In this document: piece after piece, positions 1 to 15,400 of the stretch
Layout: each line of letters opens with the position of its first letter
Numbering within the stretch: the stretch's first letter is position 1
Assembly: GCA_964035545.1 (NCBI GenBank)
Contig: OZ037768.1
Location: forward strand, 22,539,319-22,603,318
DNA from: Bugula neritina
Lineage: Eukaryota > Animalia > Bryozoa
Length of the DNA: 64,000 bases
Direction of reading: 5' to 3'
Notes under the pieces: generated by a model
What the model saw: only the letters and a program-made list of their open reading frames with translations
Database searches by the model: none
What the model was told of the DNA's origin: nothing
Translations under genes and position numbers: made by a program

Positions 1-3000
1 TTATTCTGAGACACCAGAATTTTCGAATGAGAACAAATTAGTTTTAGTCATAATAAATTAAAGAATAAATGTAAGTGATAGCTAACAAGGTGAAATATGT
101 CAATGAAAGAATTTTGGCAGCACAGGCATGTTGAACTACTTTACTTGATGTGTCACATGATGTCACATGCAGTCTTTGCAAGCCTTAATGAATTGTTTTT
201 AGCTTTAAAAATAGCTTTAGAAAATACGACTTTGACATATTGTGCTAAAGTGACAGACGAATGTTCACAAACTATTTGACAGTTGTATGTTCTTGTCTAG
301 ACATTGGAAAGTGTAGCAAGGAATCTTTTACACAATTTTAAGTTTCAATTTTTTTTTCGGTAATGGCCATATGGTTCTGCTCCCTTACTTTATAAAGATT
401 GGCTTCATTAGTATGTAAAAAGTGCTCCAAACATTCTTTAACTTTATCTCAAGAAGTTTACAATTTATCCGTCAAATCTTCAAAATTTCTTGTAATTTTG
501 TTTACAAATGCACTGAAAATGTGCTGCCAATATTTTATATAAAATAATGACCTTTTCTCTTGCTCTCTTTGGCCACCAAAGATATATCTGACGATGATTT
601 ACAATTTTCAAAGTTTAAGCCCTACTTCTAGCAAAGGGACATAAATTCAATGTAAGAAATAAAACGACATTATAGTTGAACATATATGACTGCTACTGCT
701 GCTGCTGCTACTGCTGCTATTACAACCATTATTATTTCTATATACTACTCTTTCTAAAACATGTCAAAATATTTTACTTCTTCATACTATTCAGCTTGGA
801 CATTTGGACTTGTCAACTTGAGTTACGCAATAAACTGAAAGGCAAAAAATGTTATTGAATCAGAGTTGAAATATTTTATATCCATAAACATCGTAGGCAT
901 CCAGGTTATTTTGATAAAATCAATTACTGTTAATTGAAAGATCATACTTTTTTAGTTACATTCACAAAATATATAAAAAAAATCTCAACTCAATATACCA
1001 GAAAAAATGAATTAAAATATATGTGTTAATAGCACTAATATTGACGTGACCGTGGCACATGAAAAATCTGAAAGAAGAGTTGTCTTCTTTTTTTCTATAT
1101 TAATATATAGAGCTTGTCGTGAAAATAAAGATTTTTAAAAAAAAATATTGTGACCCTCTGGTAACTTCCAGAATTTAGAAAATTGGCTCATATATTTCCT
1201 TTCATGTGGACAACAGCTCACTTTTTTTAAAATTTATTTTGAAGCTCTTTTCGTAAAAAATATTTAAAAGTAAAAAATCCAAAATTTTTACAAATTGGTT
1301 CGGGGCTTGATGTGAAAGGCATTTAGACGAAGATGTCAAGGTCACCATTAATAACTTTATTCTATGACAATACTGCACGGAAAGTTAACCATTTGAGCTG
1401 AAAATTAGGTTGCTAGCATATTGGTATACATTATATTGATTGTTGCAGTATTATTTTTTAAATTTGTTTTATCAGTTATGTTTAACTTCTTCATAGAGCT
1501 GCTGTTAGACTAAGAGTAAGACATAATATTAGCAACAATGATAATAAATAATAATATTAAATTATTATTAAATTCACGAAGAAGTATCACTATCACTATC
1601 ACTATGACTATGATACACTATGACTATCACTATGAGTGTCGTAATCGTATAAATTAATTATGAGTATGAGTATCACTATGACATTAACTCAATCAGTGAT
1701 TGACTAATACTATGAATATGACTATGCATAACTCAATGAGAATATCAATATGAATATCAATATGGCTTCTAATTCTTGTAACTTTTGACTATGACGATGC
1801 TGATAGTCATAGTGATAATCACTGCCAGCCCAAGTCTCATACTCATAGTGATACTATTACTATTGTCTATTAGTATTAATAATTAGTATTACTATTAGTA
1901 CAACTACTAGTATTACTCATAGTTCTGTTAATGATGCAGATGATAGTTTTAGAAGTTCTACTTCTACTTTTATAGTACGCTAGATTGTATATGTTGAACT
2001 CTACTCATTTTTTACTACTAATGCTAATACTAATAGTAATAGTAATAATGATTATAGTTGTTATAATGATAGCAATACTAATAGTAATAATAACTATTTA
2101 AATTTGATAATTTATGTTTTACAACAGCATTATCACTTATCAATTACATTGGTTCATAATATGCTTATTTTAATTTTGCTTTGTGTGTTTTGTCATGTTA
2201 TAAAATTAAGTTCGTATGGTTATTTAATGAACTAGAGAACTAGCCAAATGTTATGTAACAGTTGCAATAATTTACTATAAACTCAGTGAAATTTAAAACC
2301 TAATTGATATTACTATGACATTGATTGTACAGAGGTAGCTAAAATATACATTAAATTACCAATAATTTTAACTCGCCAATACACTATGAGTAGAACAATC
2401 AAATGCAATGATAGAAAATTAATTAGTCATAGCAGCCCGTTGCTTGAAGAACATCGAGCTACAGGTCTAAAATGATGTAGTTTTGTGATCCATTACAAAA
2501 CAAAATAATTTTTTTCAAACTGGTTTAATACTTTTATTATGAACACGCTTATCAAAGTAACATGTTTGTGATGTATATTCTATTAAAAAAGCAATCACAT
2601 CAGGTTTTCAATTTGTATGTTGTACAATGTTTATTATGGTGACAAGTTACTAAATCATATGGTTCAGCTTTGTAAAGTAAAGCTGATAAAATAAATACAA
2701 GTATATGATTGTTTTACTGCTATATATTAAATTTAAATGAGTTGAATAATATCCTAGTGCAGTGAATTAGATATTTTTTAGCTTTGGTACACCTGTTTGT
2801 TATAGGCTAACATTCCACCAATAAAAGAATGGTGCAAGTAGAAGAAATTTCAGGCGCAGAAAGCTAAGGAGCAGTCAGAATGCTGCCAGAGTTGTGAAGA
2901 GGCACTTAAAAAAGCTGAATTTCAATAATGACATGACATTCGTAACATATCACCCTGGTGTATTTGAACTGACATGGCCAGCAGAGTTCTCGAAGTCACA

Positions 3001-6000
3001 TTCAACAGCTATTTACATCATCATGGTTAGCTTAAATTTAATTCCTATATCAGTCTCTAATATATAGTTTGATATCTGCTGTAAATTCGCTTAAGGAGCA
3101 TACACATAACCAAAACTGAGTTACACTATAGTATTTGTTCTTGAATATATTTACCAAGATAAGTAGATTTGCTAATTCATTAACAGTAAAATTATAATGA
3201 TACAACAATTTTTCTTTTAGATGATTCAATCAATAACACAAGACACTACAACATGGTTTTGCAGTTATAGAGTATTAATTTTCTGGCTCTTTCCAAATCT
3301 TCATAGAAGGCAAAGAAAACCACCGTCAGCTTGCCTTTATAACTGAGTGCAAGCTTCTTCCACCTACAAATGATGATAAACAATTTGCTGATGTGGAACT
3401 TTCTAATTTTGTTTACAATGAAGATAGATTATAGGACATTATTCTTTATGTAAAGATTGTCAAGTTTTGTTATAATTAAGAACAGTTTTAGTTTCAATAA
3501 ATCAGTTCAACATTATGGACATCATTGCACAAACATTTTAATCTTTACTACCTACAAAGGTATCTGATGGACTACTTGAAAATACAAAACTATGCTCCAG
3601 ATACACAATGAACTGACCAGCAAAGTTAAAATGAGTTGGAGATGTAGAACATAATATCTTGTTCAAGGCTTTTCCCTGCTGTTGGAACCTTCTACTTCAG
3701 AACACTGAATTGAACAAACATATGTAGATATATAAAACTTTGCAAACAATAATAATGTGAAATTAGTTGCTAAGTATCACATTGCTAATAAATACAGCGT
3801 TGTGTAATGTTTTATTTAATTTTTTTTTGAGCCATTTGATCTATAGGCCCGCATAGTATTTACTATATTATAACTAATAAATTGCAGACACATTATGTCA
3901 GACCAGTCTCCATTTAAATAGAATAGTGTAGGCTATCAAATTTGTAGAAGTAAAAAACCGCATTCTTATTGAGTAAAATACTTACCTTTTTTTTCATGAT
4001 GCCTCTACTGCTAAAAAGAGAAGTTTTTATCAATACAGCTCCATCAATCTGTATCCTGATGAAGCTAGTAGTTTAGGAACATTTGTGGCGGGGAGTGTAG
4101 GCTGAGCTGCAGTATAGGAAGAACCCCAACATATGTAATCTATTCAGCACGTTATATGTATTGTAGAAATTTATTCAAAAAAGAATTTAGAAAATGCTTT
4201 ATGAAGCATGAACAAAGTAAAAATTAATTAATATTATTACACCCATTAGAGTTACTAGCAGCTATAGCATTAAAATTATGTATTTTTATAAAATGTGTCT
4301 AATTTATGCTACAAAGTGATTACTGCCAAAGGTTACAAAATTTACCAGTCGCATTCATGCAGCTGATGGAGAATAACAAACCTTCACATGCAACAAATAC
4401 AATTAGTAGCTCAATCTAAAACTAATGTTAGGAGTATAAGTTATAGTTATTCTAAGGAATAATTGCAAAAAAAGTTACTTAGAGGAATTTAACTCTTATT
4501 ATAATGTAATTATCTTCCAAGATATATTACAACATCACTACTTGGATGCATACAATGTCATATTTATATTGGCATCAACATAATTTTCAATAATTTCCAA
4601 TCTATTAACTTGAGCATTATGATTGTGATTATTTTATAAATAAGGCGATGATTAGGCACTGTTGGTATTTTGGTTCAATTTATTTATAGCTGTAACAGGC
4701 AGAGTTGTAAATATAATGGATATATCAAAATTCCAATGGGTATAGTACTCTAACACAACATTGATACTAATAATTGTAGTCACTTACTCTTAGAGTTAGT
4801 GAATGATGATACAGTCATAACAATTTGAATATCAATCAGCATTAGAGATAGACTGACTGCTTTATAATATTATAGTTATTATGTCAAATTGAATTTATTC
4901 ACTATAACTAAAAAAATTATGATTATAATTATAAATTAAAATAATTTAAATAATATATTGATAATTATTGGAAGCATAATTATATTTATTGTTATGATCA
5001 TTATGATTATAATTATTTAATATTATCTTTATGTTTGTATTTAAAGTTGTTCCTTAAATCTAAAGTTGTTTAAGTTTTATAAATTTATTATAATTATATT
5101 ACTGTATAAGTATTGCTATTACTATTAGTATTAGTATAATTAAATTATTATAATTTATATTTTATTATTTATATTTATTTTACTTTTTATTTTAAGACCA
5201 ACAGTTCAAATTAATACTTGTGTCGTTTGCTTTATATTATAACTTACAAGTATAACTATTAACATAATAACATTAGATTTGCTATTAGTATTACTATGAA
5301 TATAAATATTTATGTTAATATAGCTATCGGTATAACTTATACTTATAGTTATAACTAATATTACCAGTATTACTATTACTGTATTAGTTTCGAAACTGAT
5401 CCTGCTCCGTAACATTAACATACTGATACTGTCATATGATTATCATTATGACTAATAATGGTATTAATAAATATAACCATTGAATATTATTAATAATAGT
5501 TCACCAATACTAATAGGCGATAGTCATAGACTTAGAGTGAGAGTCATAGACATAGACTAGTGATACTCATACTCTACTGATAGTCATAGTGATACTGTGA
5601 TTCACTGATTCAATTACAAATTTTAAAACTTGGTTTTACGTAGACAACTACTAACCTATAGTTCATCACAAAACGGTTGAAAATCATCATTTACTGCATA
5701 TTTAAGAGTAATTTTCTGGTAGTGTGGTCGACATGATAATTGAAATTAAAATAGGAAAAATAATTATTTTGTGATTTACAGCAAGTTACAAACTAGCGAA
5801 ATGGAATAGTCCATTTGAAAACAGTCAAATTAGTTACCTTTCTTGATGTTGCGTAGCTAACGTTAGTTATTAGTAGCCGCCCGAAGAGTAACATTCATGT
5901 GATTTGAGCTACGAATAACGAGAATCTGTGACAAACCCGCTTCTTAATAACTTTACGCGATATAAACTCACGCTACAATAGGGCTATTTTGCCATCCCCA

Positions 6001-6408
6001 CGTCAGAATAGGACACGGAGGGCAAGCTCGCGGGCAAGTCTGGGCAAGTCTAAGACACCTAATATGACCACTTTTACTTGCATTTTTGTAGTGTTTTCGT
6101 ATAAGAAATTGGATAAAATGCTGATAAAACAGTTGAAAAGCATGCAAACTTTCGCTCAAATGTAATAAATAACCTGGATGCTTACGGCCTTTAAAGGATT
6201 GTTGGATGGCCATTTGGTTGAAGTAGCACTGGTGTATAGTATCTGATCATTTAATACTAATAACTTACAAATTTTTCTCTTGAAAATTAGAGTAAAACTT
6301 GAGGAAAGCTTAGGGATAACTAAAAGCTCATTTCAAGCAGAATTACTGAGCTTTATAAATATTAAATGTTGTGAATAAGCTGTAGCCTTTGTATTATCTT
6401 TGTTTTAG

Positions 6409-9400
6409 ACCCCATCCCACATGTCCCATGGCAACTATACTATGCGGGTTGCTGGTTTCTCTGATCCCAAGCTAGAAGGACTGATTTTTTCTAACGAAAC
6501 TAAACTGTTTTTTGACAGCAAACAAGTTTCAGTCTTCATTTTCACGTCCAAAGCCTGGTACAGCCAGAAACAAACAGGTGAGATGGTGATAATATTACCA
6601 TAATATACTGGGATACATATGCAATACTATTTCTGTTATATTATAGTAAGCGTCTCTATTATCGGTTCAATAAATTTGCTTTGGTGAATAAGAAAATATA
6701 GCATCTACTATTAAGTTTTAAATGAGGAGATAAGGCGAAATGCAGATTTGTGGTAAAATATATCAGAATGTAGATAAAATATGTTTAATCTTATAGCTAA
6801 TTATTCTCATATGATATCATCAGTATATCAGCTGCGTGATAGATATGTGGTGATCTTGATGGAAATGACATGGTTATAGTGTGTGGGGGCGGAGTATGTA
6901 GAACTTCTGTACAGTTGATCCACTTTTTCTATTTCTATGTCAAGAGTGTGAGTGAAGCTTGGTGAGAGTAATTTTCCATCTTTGAGAAAATTCACAAAGG
7001 AAGTCTTTTTCTAAGTAGAATAAAATTGAAATTCATTTACATAATTCCAACAGTTTACAAAATGTCCACTTAAACAATAATATTTAAATTAGCATACGAT
7101 TCTTTGGTATTTGGAATGAGACTCAATAGCCTTCATCCCCCAACTGGGGAGGAGAGGGCTGTGGCGGTAGCATTGATATTATGTCTGAACAAATTATGGC
7201 AATTGTTTACCAAATAATAATACGAAAGATATTTTGTGTGGTTATCAAGAGATGGAACTAGCTGTTCACTCACTTTCACCTATGGATAGAAATTGACCTC
7301 TACAAGATTACTGAACCTATTCCTAGCTTTGTAAACTTATCGGCAAATCAAAACGCTTGTACCATTTCCTAAGCCAATGATCAGACTTCTTTAAATTTAC
7401 TCACCCTTGTTGGTTGCTAGCAACTTGAAATAGAGGAAATATACTCTATGCTCTCTTTTATGTTATAATGGCAACAGATTTGTGTAGTTAAACTAAAATT
7501 TTACCTCAAAAATAAAGCAGCTTCTATGATGTGAAGTTAATGTTATGAAATGGTTTGATACAATGAAAGAGATTTCTATAACAGGTGCACTTATTGCCTG
7601 GGAAATCTTTGCACTTTATCTCCGTACCATAATTTGAATTAGCTATCATTAATAATAATTATGCTGTAAATGATGAGATGAAGTGTTGAATATAGAATAA
7701 TTAATATTACAATAACTTAACAGTTATGATAATTTATTACACTTTTTTTGCATAAATCGTAAAATATTGCTTTGGATTATCCCACAGTATATGACTTGTG
7801 GCACAACAGCTACTGCAACTGGATTTTATTCTAATACTGCTATAGTAGTTTATAGTGTGAGCACCCCTGATGGAAAGGGTTTTTTAGTGGGCGAAACACT
7901 TGTTTCTATGGTGGTAAAAGAAACATTATGACTGAATTCCCTTCTTAACACCACCAATATGCTTTAATGGGATTCAAACCACTAGATCACTGCTGCTCCC
8001 TCAAACATTTGCTATACAATTATCTTATACTATATACGAATGTTTTAGTGCGATTCAGAGTTATCCCCCTTACCACAGAGTTAAAGCCAGTCTCAACCTC
8101 CATGGACGTCAGTATGATGGTAAGGAATAACTTCTGTTTATATAGCAATACTCTGCTATAGTTTATATCTATAAGTAATGAGCTAGCTGTGATTCTGGGA
8201 GGTTAGCAACACGTCCCAAACCTTCCAAGACTTTAGTCGAGTTGTTCACAGGCTTCTCTCTAATGACATGTAAAATATGCACATGTTTATACCTGATGGA
8301 GACATTTCTCTCTTTTTGCTATTAGAGAACTTTAACTGTCTTATTTGAATAATTCCAGAAATTATCTCTCTTGGTGCCCTTGTATGCAGAAGATTAGATT
8401 GTACAGGAAACCATGTCATGATTTTGGAAACAGGAAGCGGGGAAAGTATTGGAAGTGTTGAGTTGAGTTTATTTACTTTTAGAATGCGGCTGGTTTGGTT
8501 GTTAAAGAGTGGTTTTCACAGCATACAAATGCAGGAGGGGTGTTGAGCCTAGCGTACCCTCTCAGCTCGCACTTTGTCGGGTATGGAACTTGGACTATTC
8601 AGGTCAGATGTTTGGGCCACGTTTACACTAAGAAGTTTCAAGTAGAGGAATATTGTGAGTAAAGTATTGGCTTTATATTTGACATATCAATTACACAATT
8701 CTGGCTCATATTGTTTGCTATTGTTTTTGTTATGAGTACCTCTGTCACTTTTTGATATATATCATATTGTCCAAATTAATTATTCAAATTAAATTTTAGC
8801 GTATTACGTACATGCATCATATAGCGTTTTTTTGGTAAACAATTTTAAATTACTTCATATTTTGTTTGGCTTCTTGTTGCTATATACTATATAGTATAAC
8901 TGTCAACACAACATTACTCAAATTTCTATGTCATAATTGATGTGTTTTTTGTAGATGGTCCATTCTTCTGGGTCAGAGTAGTGACTCCAAACTACATGTA
9001 CCAGAGTACCAAGGCGCTCACTGGTAAAATCTCAGCAGAGTATGTTATTACGACCTCTTGACCTTTTGTTTTTCTGTGAAATAGAAGGAGACTGTGTTTA
9101 TTGTGCTAATAGAGCTTAGTATGCATTCCATTGTTCATGTAGCAAGTTTAGTAGATAAGATAGATTAACTGTTTTTTCGGGAAAAGAGAGAAAAAGTTTG
9201 TGAATTTTACTTCCTGTTTCTGAGTATTTTATGGGTAGTTCTTAATAATTTTGCAAATCGTTCTAAATTATCTTAGATAGTTGAATAGTAGACTTTGGGC
9301 TAACTAATCCATAATGATTTACTAAAGGTTTGCCTAGTGTCCCAAACAATTTAGGACTTTTGGCTAATTTGAAACTGTCAGAGAAGGAAGAAAATCATAA

Positions 9401-12400
9401 AGTTCAGTCATACCAAATTATGTTGTATCCTTCACTTAAAGCTAATCTTTCAATTCTGGATTTGAAATAACTTTGTGGCTAATAACCAAATAGTTTTTGA
9501 CCTTGACTTAAATGAAAGACGCGTCTGCTGTTTCTCTATGCTGACGATAAATGCCCAAGTAACTGCTGCTGAGACTTAGCAGCTGTATAGCTCCTTTTTG
9601 CAATGCTTAGAAATTATAGTAAACAATTTTATGTCACATCTGAAATAATATGAACTGATAAAGTTAATGCTGATCAAATTTTGTATTTTTGCATTAATTT
9701 ATCACGTTTAATTGGTTATCATTGATTGATTATAATTGATTAGTTATAATTAATTATCATTTCTTTCAGCTGGCGGTCATATTCTAAAATAATTCACCAA
9801 GTTTTCATGCTTGAAGCTAGTATATTTATATCTAGACTAAGATTCACACCAAGCAGTTTTTTATTAAGTAATTTTAGCAATTTTGTCATATGAGCAGATT
9901 AGATTTTCTATGATAGCCTTATTTCATGGAGATTGTGTTGGTATAGTAACACTAAACTAAAGTGGGTTGTACACACCACTTCAGTTGTTACGTAATAGTT
10001 CATTGAATATTTTTGTTGATCATTGATCATGGAGTTCAAGTATTACTCAAAGTAAATACTTAGGTCTTAGAGTAATACTTGAAGTAAGTGCTGGGAGTAA
10101 GTGCTTGGAGTAAGTACTCTATATACTTGAAGTAAGTGTTTGAAGTAAGTCTTTCCACTCAGTATATCCTAAGTCTAGACTCAAAGCATTCCACTATATA
10201 ATTATATGTTCCTATACTATTTTATTATATATTATATAGTTATAATTATTATGACTATAGACACTTGAGTATTTCCAGGTGGACCAACACACTGGACGTA
10301 AAGGGCAATGCCACCATGACCATTGAGTTTCTACACTCAGATGATCGGCCTGTTGCAGACGTCAAGCCAATGATTAGAGAGATACCAGAGGTTATTCTTA
10401 TATATTAGAGTCTTCCTTTCTCTTCTGGTTAAATATAGTATAATATACATATATACATTGTGTATTAGAGTCTTTCTTACCTATAGTTTTTGTTAAATAG
10501 GGATAAGAAAAGAGTTTTTTTATGCCTAAATGAGTCATTTCAGCTTTTACAAACTCAGAACTTTTTTTACTTTCTCTTTATTGTAAAATATATTTTATAC
10601 GATTCTTTATATATTTGTGAAACTAGTAAGTTTTCCCATTTTAATAAACTATTGAAACAGAAGCACAATTCTTGAGTATTTTCAATTAATTTCTGCCGGT
10701 CATTTTCACCAACTTTATACACTGTGTTGCAGTTTGACAACAGTAGGGGAGGAGCAGAAATCGCTGTGCCTACCGTGGATCTTGCGAACCATCTCGGCAG
10801 CCAGAACGCGCTCATAGGCAAGCAGGTGAAGGTCTCTGTGGTCATGTTGGACTGGCACTGGAACAAGACATACAGCGGCTTCTCGACGACTCGAGTCTTC
10901 TCTGATGAAGTCAATCTGAAGTTCCTGGGAGGGCGAGTTTGGACTTTCAAACCGAATGTACCGTTCAAGATTTATGTGAGTAACTCAATGAGAATATGTA
11001 GATGCAACTCTAGTATGTAGGAAAATATAAGGACTTGATAGATGCAGTCACTTCTTGATATTAGATTCAGTGTGAACCATTTTTGTGTACTCTGCGAGCA
11101 TTTGGTAGAGGAACAGATTTAAAACTGGAAGAATTGTGTCTCAATAAGTTTTAACCTGCATGCTGCATACTTGTCAGGTATTTTATTACCTCCTTCATGC
11201 AAGAACTATTACGTAGTATTTTTGGTAATGTGAATTTGGAGCATGTCATATGACGTGGTATATATCAGTATTGAAGTTTTGGTATGTGTGGTTTGTAGTA
11301 CTTCAATTCATGAATATACTGTATAATGTATATTTTTACTGTATATTGTATACTCTATATTACATATATTGTATACTCTATAGTGTACATTGTATGCTGT
11401 ATAACATTGTGTATTGTATACTGTGTATTGTATATTGTATATTGTACATTGTATACTGTGTATTGTACATTGTATACTGTGTATTGTACATTGTATACTA
11501 TATACTGTGCAGTAAATTTGTAATACTTATGAGTACATAGTATATAGTATGCTGTCCATGCTATAAAGTGTAAACTATCGCTGTTTACAGATTGCTGCCG
11601 TCAAAGCTGACCAGTCACCCATACAGAAAGTGGTTTCACAGTTTGAAGAAAAAGTCGAGTTACAAATTTCTGTGGAAGATGAGGGGGTCTCTGCCAGCAC
11701 CCGCACTGAGTATTTGACAGTCCCTAAGTCTAGTATTGTGGAGTACTGGCTCAGACCTGGTCTCACTACTCAGCGAATCACAGTGGTGGTGAGTTCACGT
11801 CTGCTAATCACTCGTAACTCGTAACATACACAACTCGTAACATACACAACTCGTAACATACACAACTCGTAACATACACAACTCGTAACATACACAACTC
11901 GTAACATACACAACTCGTAACATACACAACTCGTGACATACACAACTCGTGACATACACAACTCGTGACATACACAACTCGTGACATACACAACTCGTGA
12001 CATACACAACTCGTGACATACACAACTCGTGACATACACAACTCGTGACATACACAACTCGTAACATACACAACTCGTAACATACACAAAATATTTTCTA
12101 CCAGAAAAATCCATTATCTGTAATATAAGCGCATTTATTCAGAAAATGGCTTCAAAACATATATTTTTCTCTTTGGTATTCAAGAAGACTGAAGCTATAA
12201 TAATGTAATCTAGTTTGTCTGCATTGTAAGTTGTCTGCTACTTTTTTGAGAATGTAGTTTTGTTAGCCTTCATACTATCTAATAAAATTATGCAGTAGGT
12301 TTTGGAATGCTTTCTGAGGTGGCCCCCAATCTCACTGGTTTTCACATACAAGTTATACCATCACAGTGTAATGCAAAAAATAGAATCATCTTTAGCGTGG

Positions 12401-15400
12401 AAAGCCACTTAATTTATGGATTATTATTTAGAATTCAACTCATATTGTTTCTGTAAGCTGCCTATAAATGGTTAGCTTTTCTTAGTAGATCTGTTTGATC
12501 TTCCACATCTTTCATTTTCTCTATTGTTAATTTACTTGTCATTTAAATGTATACTCAGTATTTAGTTACCGTGGTGTTAAATATAGCTTTCTTTAATCCC
12601 TCCTCCACCTCCCCCAACTAAAACTAGCACTAAGCTAGAGAGTGAAATATGCTTTCATTTGTATTCATCCGTTACGGTTGAAAATAGTTTTTAATCTGAG
12701 AGAAACCTCTGACTATGTGCAGCTTTAGCTGTTTTACCTTGGCTGTTTCCTTTGTTAGACATGCCTCATGTCTCTTGAATTACATTGGCTATTTTGTAAA
12801 CTTGTTGATATGATTGGCAACGTTTGGGAATGTTGCATGAAAGCTTCGCTTTGGAATTTTATTTTTTGCGTAATATGCAATTTCAAACGCAATTCTATAT
12901 TGTACATAGCGGCTTCTATAAATTCAAATAAATGTATTTATATATTTAATGTAGAAAAGTCTATAAATTTGCTGCAAGTCGCATACTTTTCATCTATAAA
13001 AAAATTCAAAGTAATTAATCTTTATTGCTAAAAATTTTTTGTCAAGTTTCTATTTCAAAATTCTGATTGAAAGATTTCTCAATAAATAGCTGCAGTCATG
13101 TTATCAACTGATTGATTAATGGAAACCTTGTCTCGGAGCAGTTCAAGTGGTCACATGACTAGAATATTAGGGTAGATAATTTATGGCCGCCAAATTCAAG
13201 AAGTAGTTCACAGATGGAGCTCTCTTTCATCTAATACCATTTCTTTTTGATGTTGAGTTTGTAATAATAATCCTTGTATATGGGTTAAAGTTGAAATCTG
13301 AATAATGAACGTAGGTACTCTTGAGTATAGCATTTACTGCTTTCAATTTTTATGCATTCAATAATAACAGATATATACCTTAATGTCACTTACAGTATAT
13401 TATACTCAATCTGAGTGTATATTTATATGACTGTGGACTGTTTCCTGTCAAATTTATACTCCTACTTACCCTTTACGTACATTGCACTGAAATTACACTT
13501 ACACTGTACTTAGATTGTGCTATGCATTGCACTTGCATTGAGTGGCTCTTGTAACATAACATAATATAGTATAGTAAATTATAATAAATAGCAAATTGTG
13601 TTTGAAGTGTTTTTATATCTTTTCCTTTCTCGGAATTTTCCTGTTTAGAAGATTATGACTCATCAATTTTGCTGTCATGTTGAAACTCTTCAGCCATTTT
13701 TACCAACTATAACTTATGCTATTTTTAGCCCAAGTTCAACTGAATAGAATATTATATATTTCACTTTCTTTGATGCTTCTATTCATACCACACAGGCGAG
13801 ATACGGACAGAGAGTTGATACAGAGGAATCTTTAGTTGCCACCAGACATTTCTCTCCCAATGATCTCTACATCCACATCACAACAACGACCTCTAAACCC
13901 AGCGTTGGTACATACATCATCTTCACCCTGCAGACCAACACCTTTGTAGACTATGTGTATTATCATGTAAGTGTGTCCCAAAATAGCCTGCCATGTCTGT
14001 GTGTGGTCTGATATTAATAGATTTGTATTTTGTGTGGTCTGTTTGGTTACACAGTTGTCATGGTAACAATTATGCTTCTACAGGACATGAAATCTTACTT
14101 CTTGATAGTTTTAGACAATGCATGCAATTTTCGTTATCTTTTAGTGATTTGGTACTTTATATCAAAGTTATTGCGTGTGCATATGGCAAATGCTATTTAT
14201 AAGGGCTATGTGGGCATATGCATTCTAGGAACAATCTAGAGTTTAAATATAAACTATAGACAGCTAGCACTATCTAGAGTATAAATATAGACTATAGACC
14301 ATAGACAGCTAGCACACACCAGAGAATGACTCCAAGTTATGTTGGGAATGTAGACCTAGCTAGTCATTGTGGTTGTATGTTTCTTGAGATAATATTTATC
14401 AAAATAAAGTTAATAGAAAGTCACTAATACTCAAAGATAAGTCATTTGTAAGGATTAGTATGTCTTATCGTTTAACTCTAGTGATTAGACTGTCTACTAA
14501 TGTTGGACGGCTGCTGTATCCACTTTATCTCTACGTCTGCTGCGTTTCCTTTATTTCTACGTCTGCTGTAATTATCTAATTTTTTAAACTGAAAACTAAA
14601 TTAAAATTAGATAAGACTTTCATGCAATTGTATTCTGTTTATGTTATAGTGTTACCTTAATTGAGTATTTCTATAAGACATAGATGCACCTATACCTGTA
14701 CCCATCACTCTACGGTCATATGATGTAAATAATATGGCCGTGTTTGCAGATTGTTTCCGCTGGTCGTATCATCACCTCCGACAAGGTGGAAATGTTTTCC
14801 AGAAATAAACTCTTATCGATAGCTTTATCAAGAGCCATGGCGCCTGCTGCCAGAATAGTGGCCTACTTTATAGGTCCAGACGGCCAGGTGGCTGCCGATA
14901 GCCTGCAGTTCCATGTGGATGCCTCTAAGTTGCATCTGGTATGTCTAGCCCCTTCTTTATTTCCATTGCAGCTGGTAGGAACCTAGTCTTTTGACAAAAC
15001 TTAGGTGTTTTCATTTTTTGCCATTTTTAATCAATTTAACAAATATTTCATCATCTAAAATAGTTTGGTTTAGCTGTTTGAATTATGACATTTTTAATCC
15101 CAAATTCGATTTGCATGCCTTGTGGTCTTAAAATTGCTATCTTGTTTGAAGTAAAAGTAGATAACTCTTGCACTCACATACAATATGTTATAATATAACT
15201 TATGGAGTTATGTTATTACAATTAGATGGTTTTCCAGGTCGCATGATTAATCCTGTCTTGTTTGTTTACAGATGAAAATGGGTATCGGAAGAGGCAAGGA
15301 CTTGAGCTCGTCTGCTGTGAAGATTGGCGTGAAAACTCGTCCTCTGTCGTATGTTGGCGTCGCCATAACCAGGAAGGAGTTTTATCAAATGGGTCACCGT

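Noticed and set aside
1040-1350. Possible MITE bounded by GTGACC...GGTCAC
   Set aside because: The inverted match is short and degenerate, with no clear TSD.
11770-12114. Overlapping Cys-rich ORFs / CRISPR-like appearance of the short repeat arrays (also 54870-55213, 23714-23960)
   Set aside because: Units are head-to-tail with no unique spacers, there are no cas genes, and the context is eukaryotic intron.
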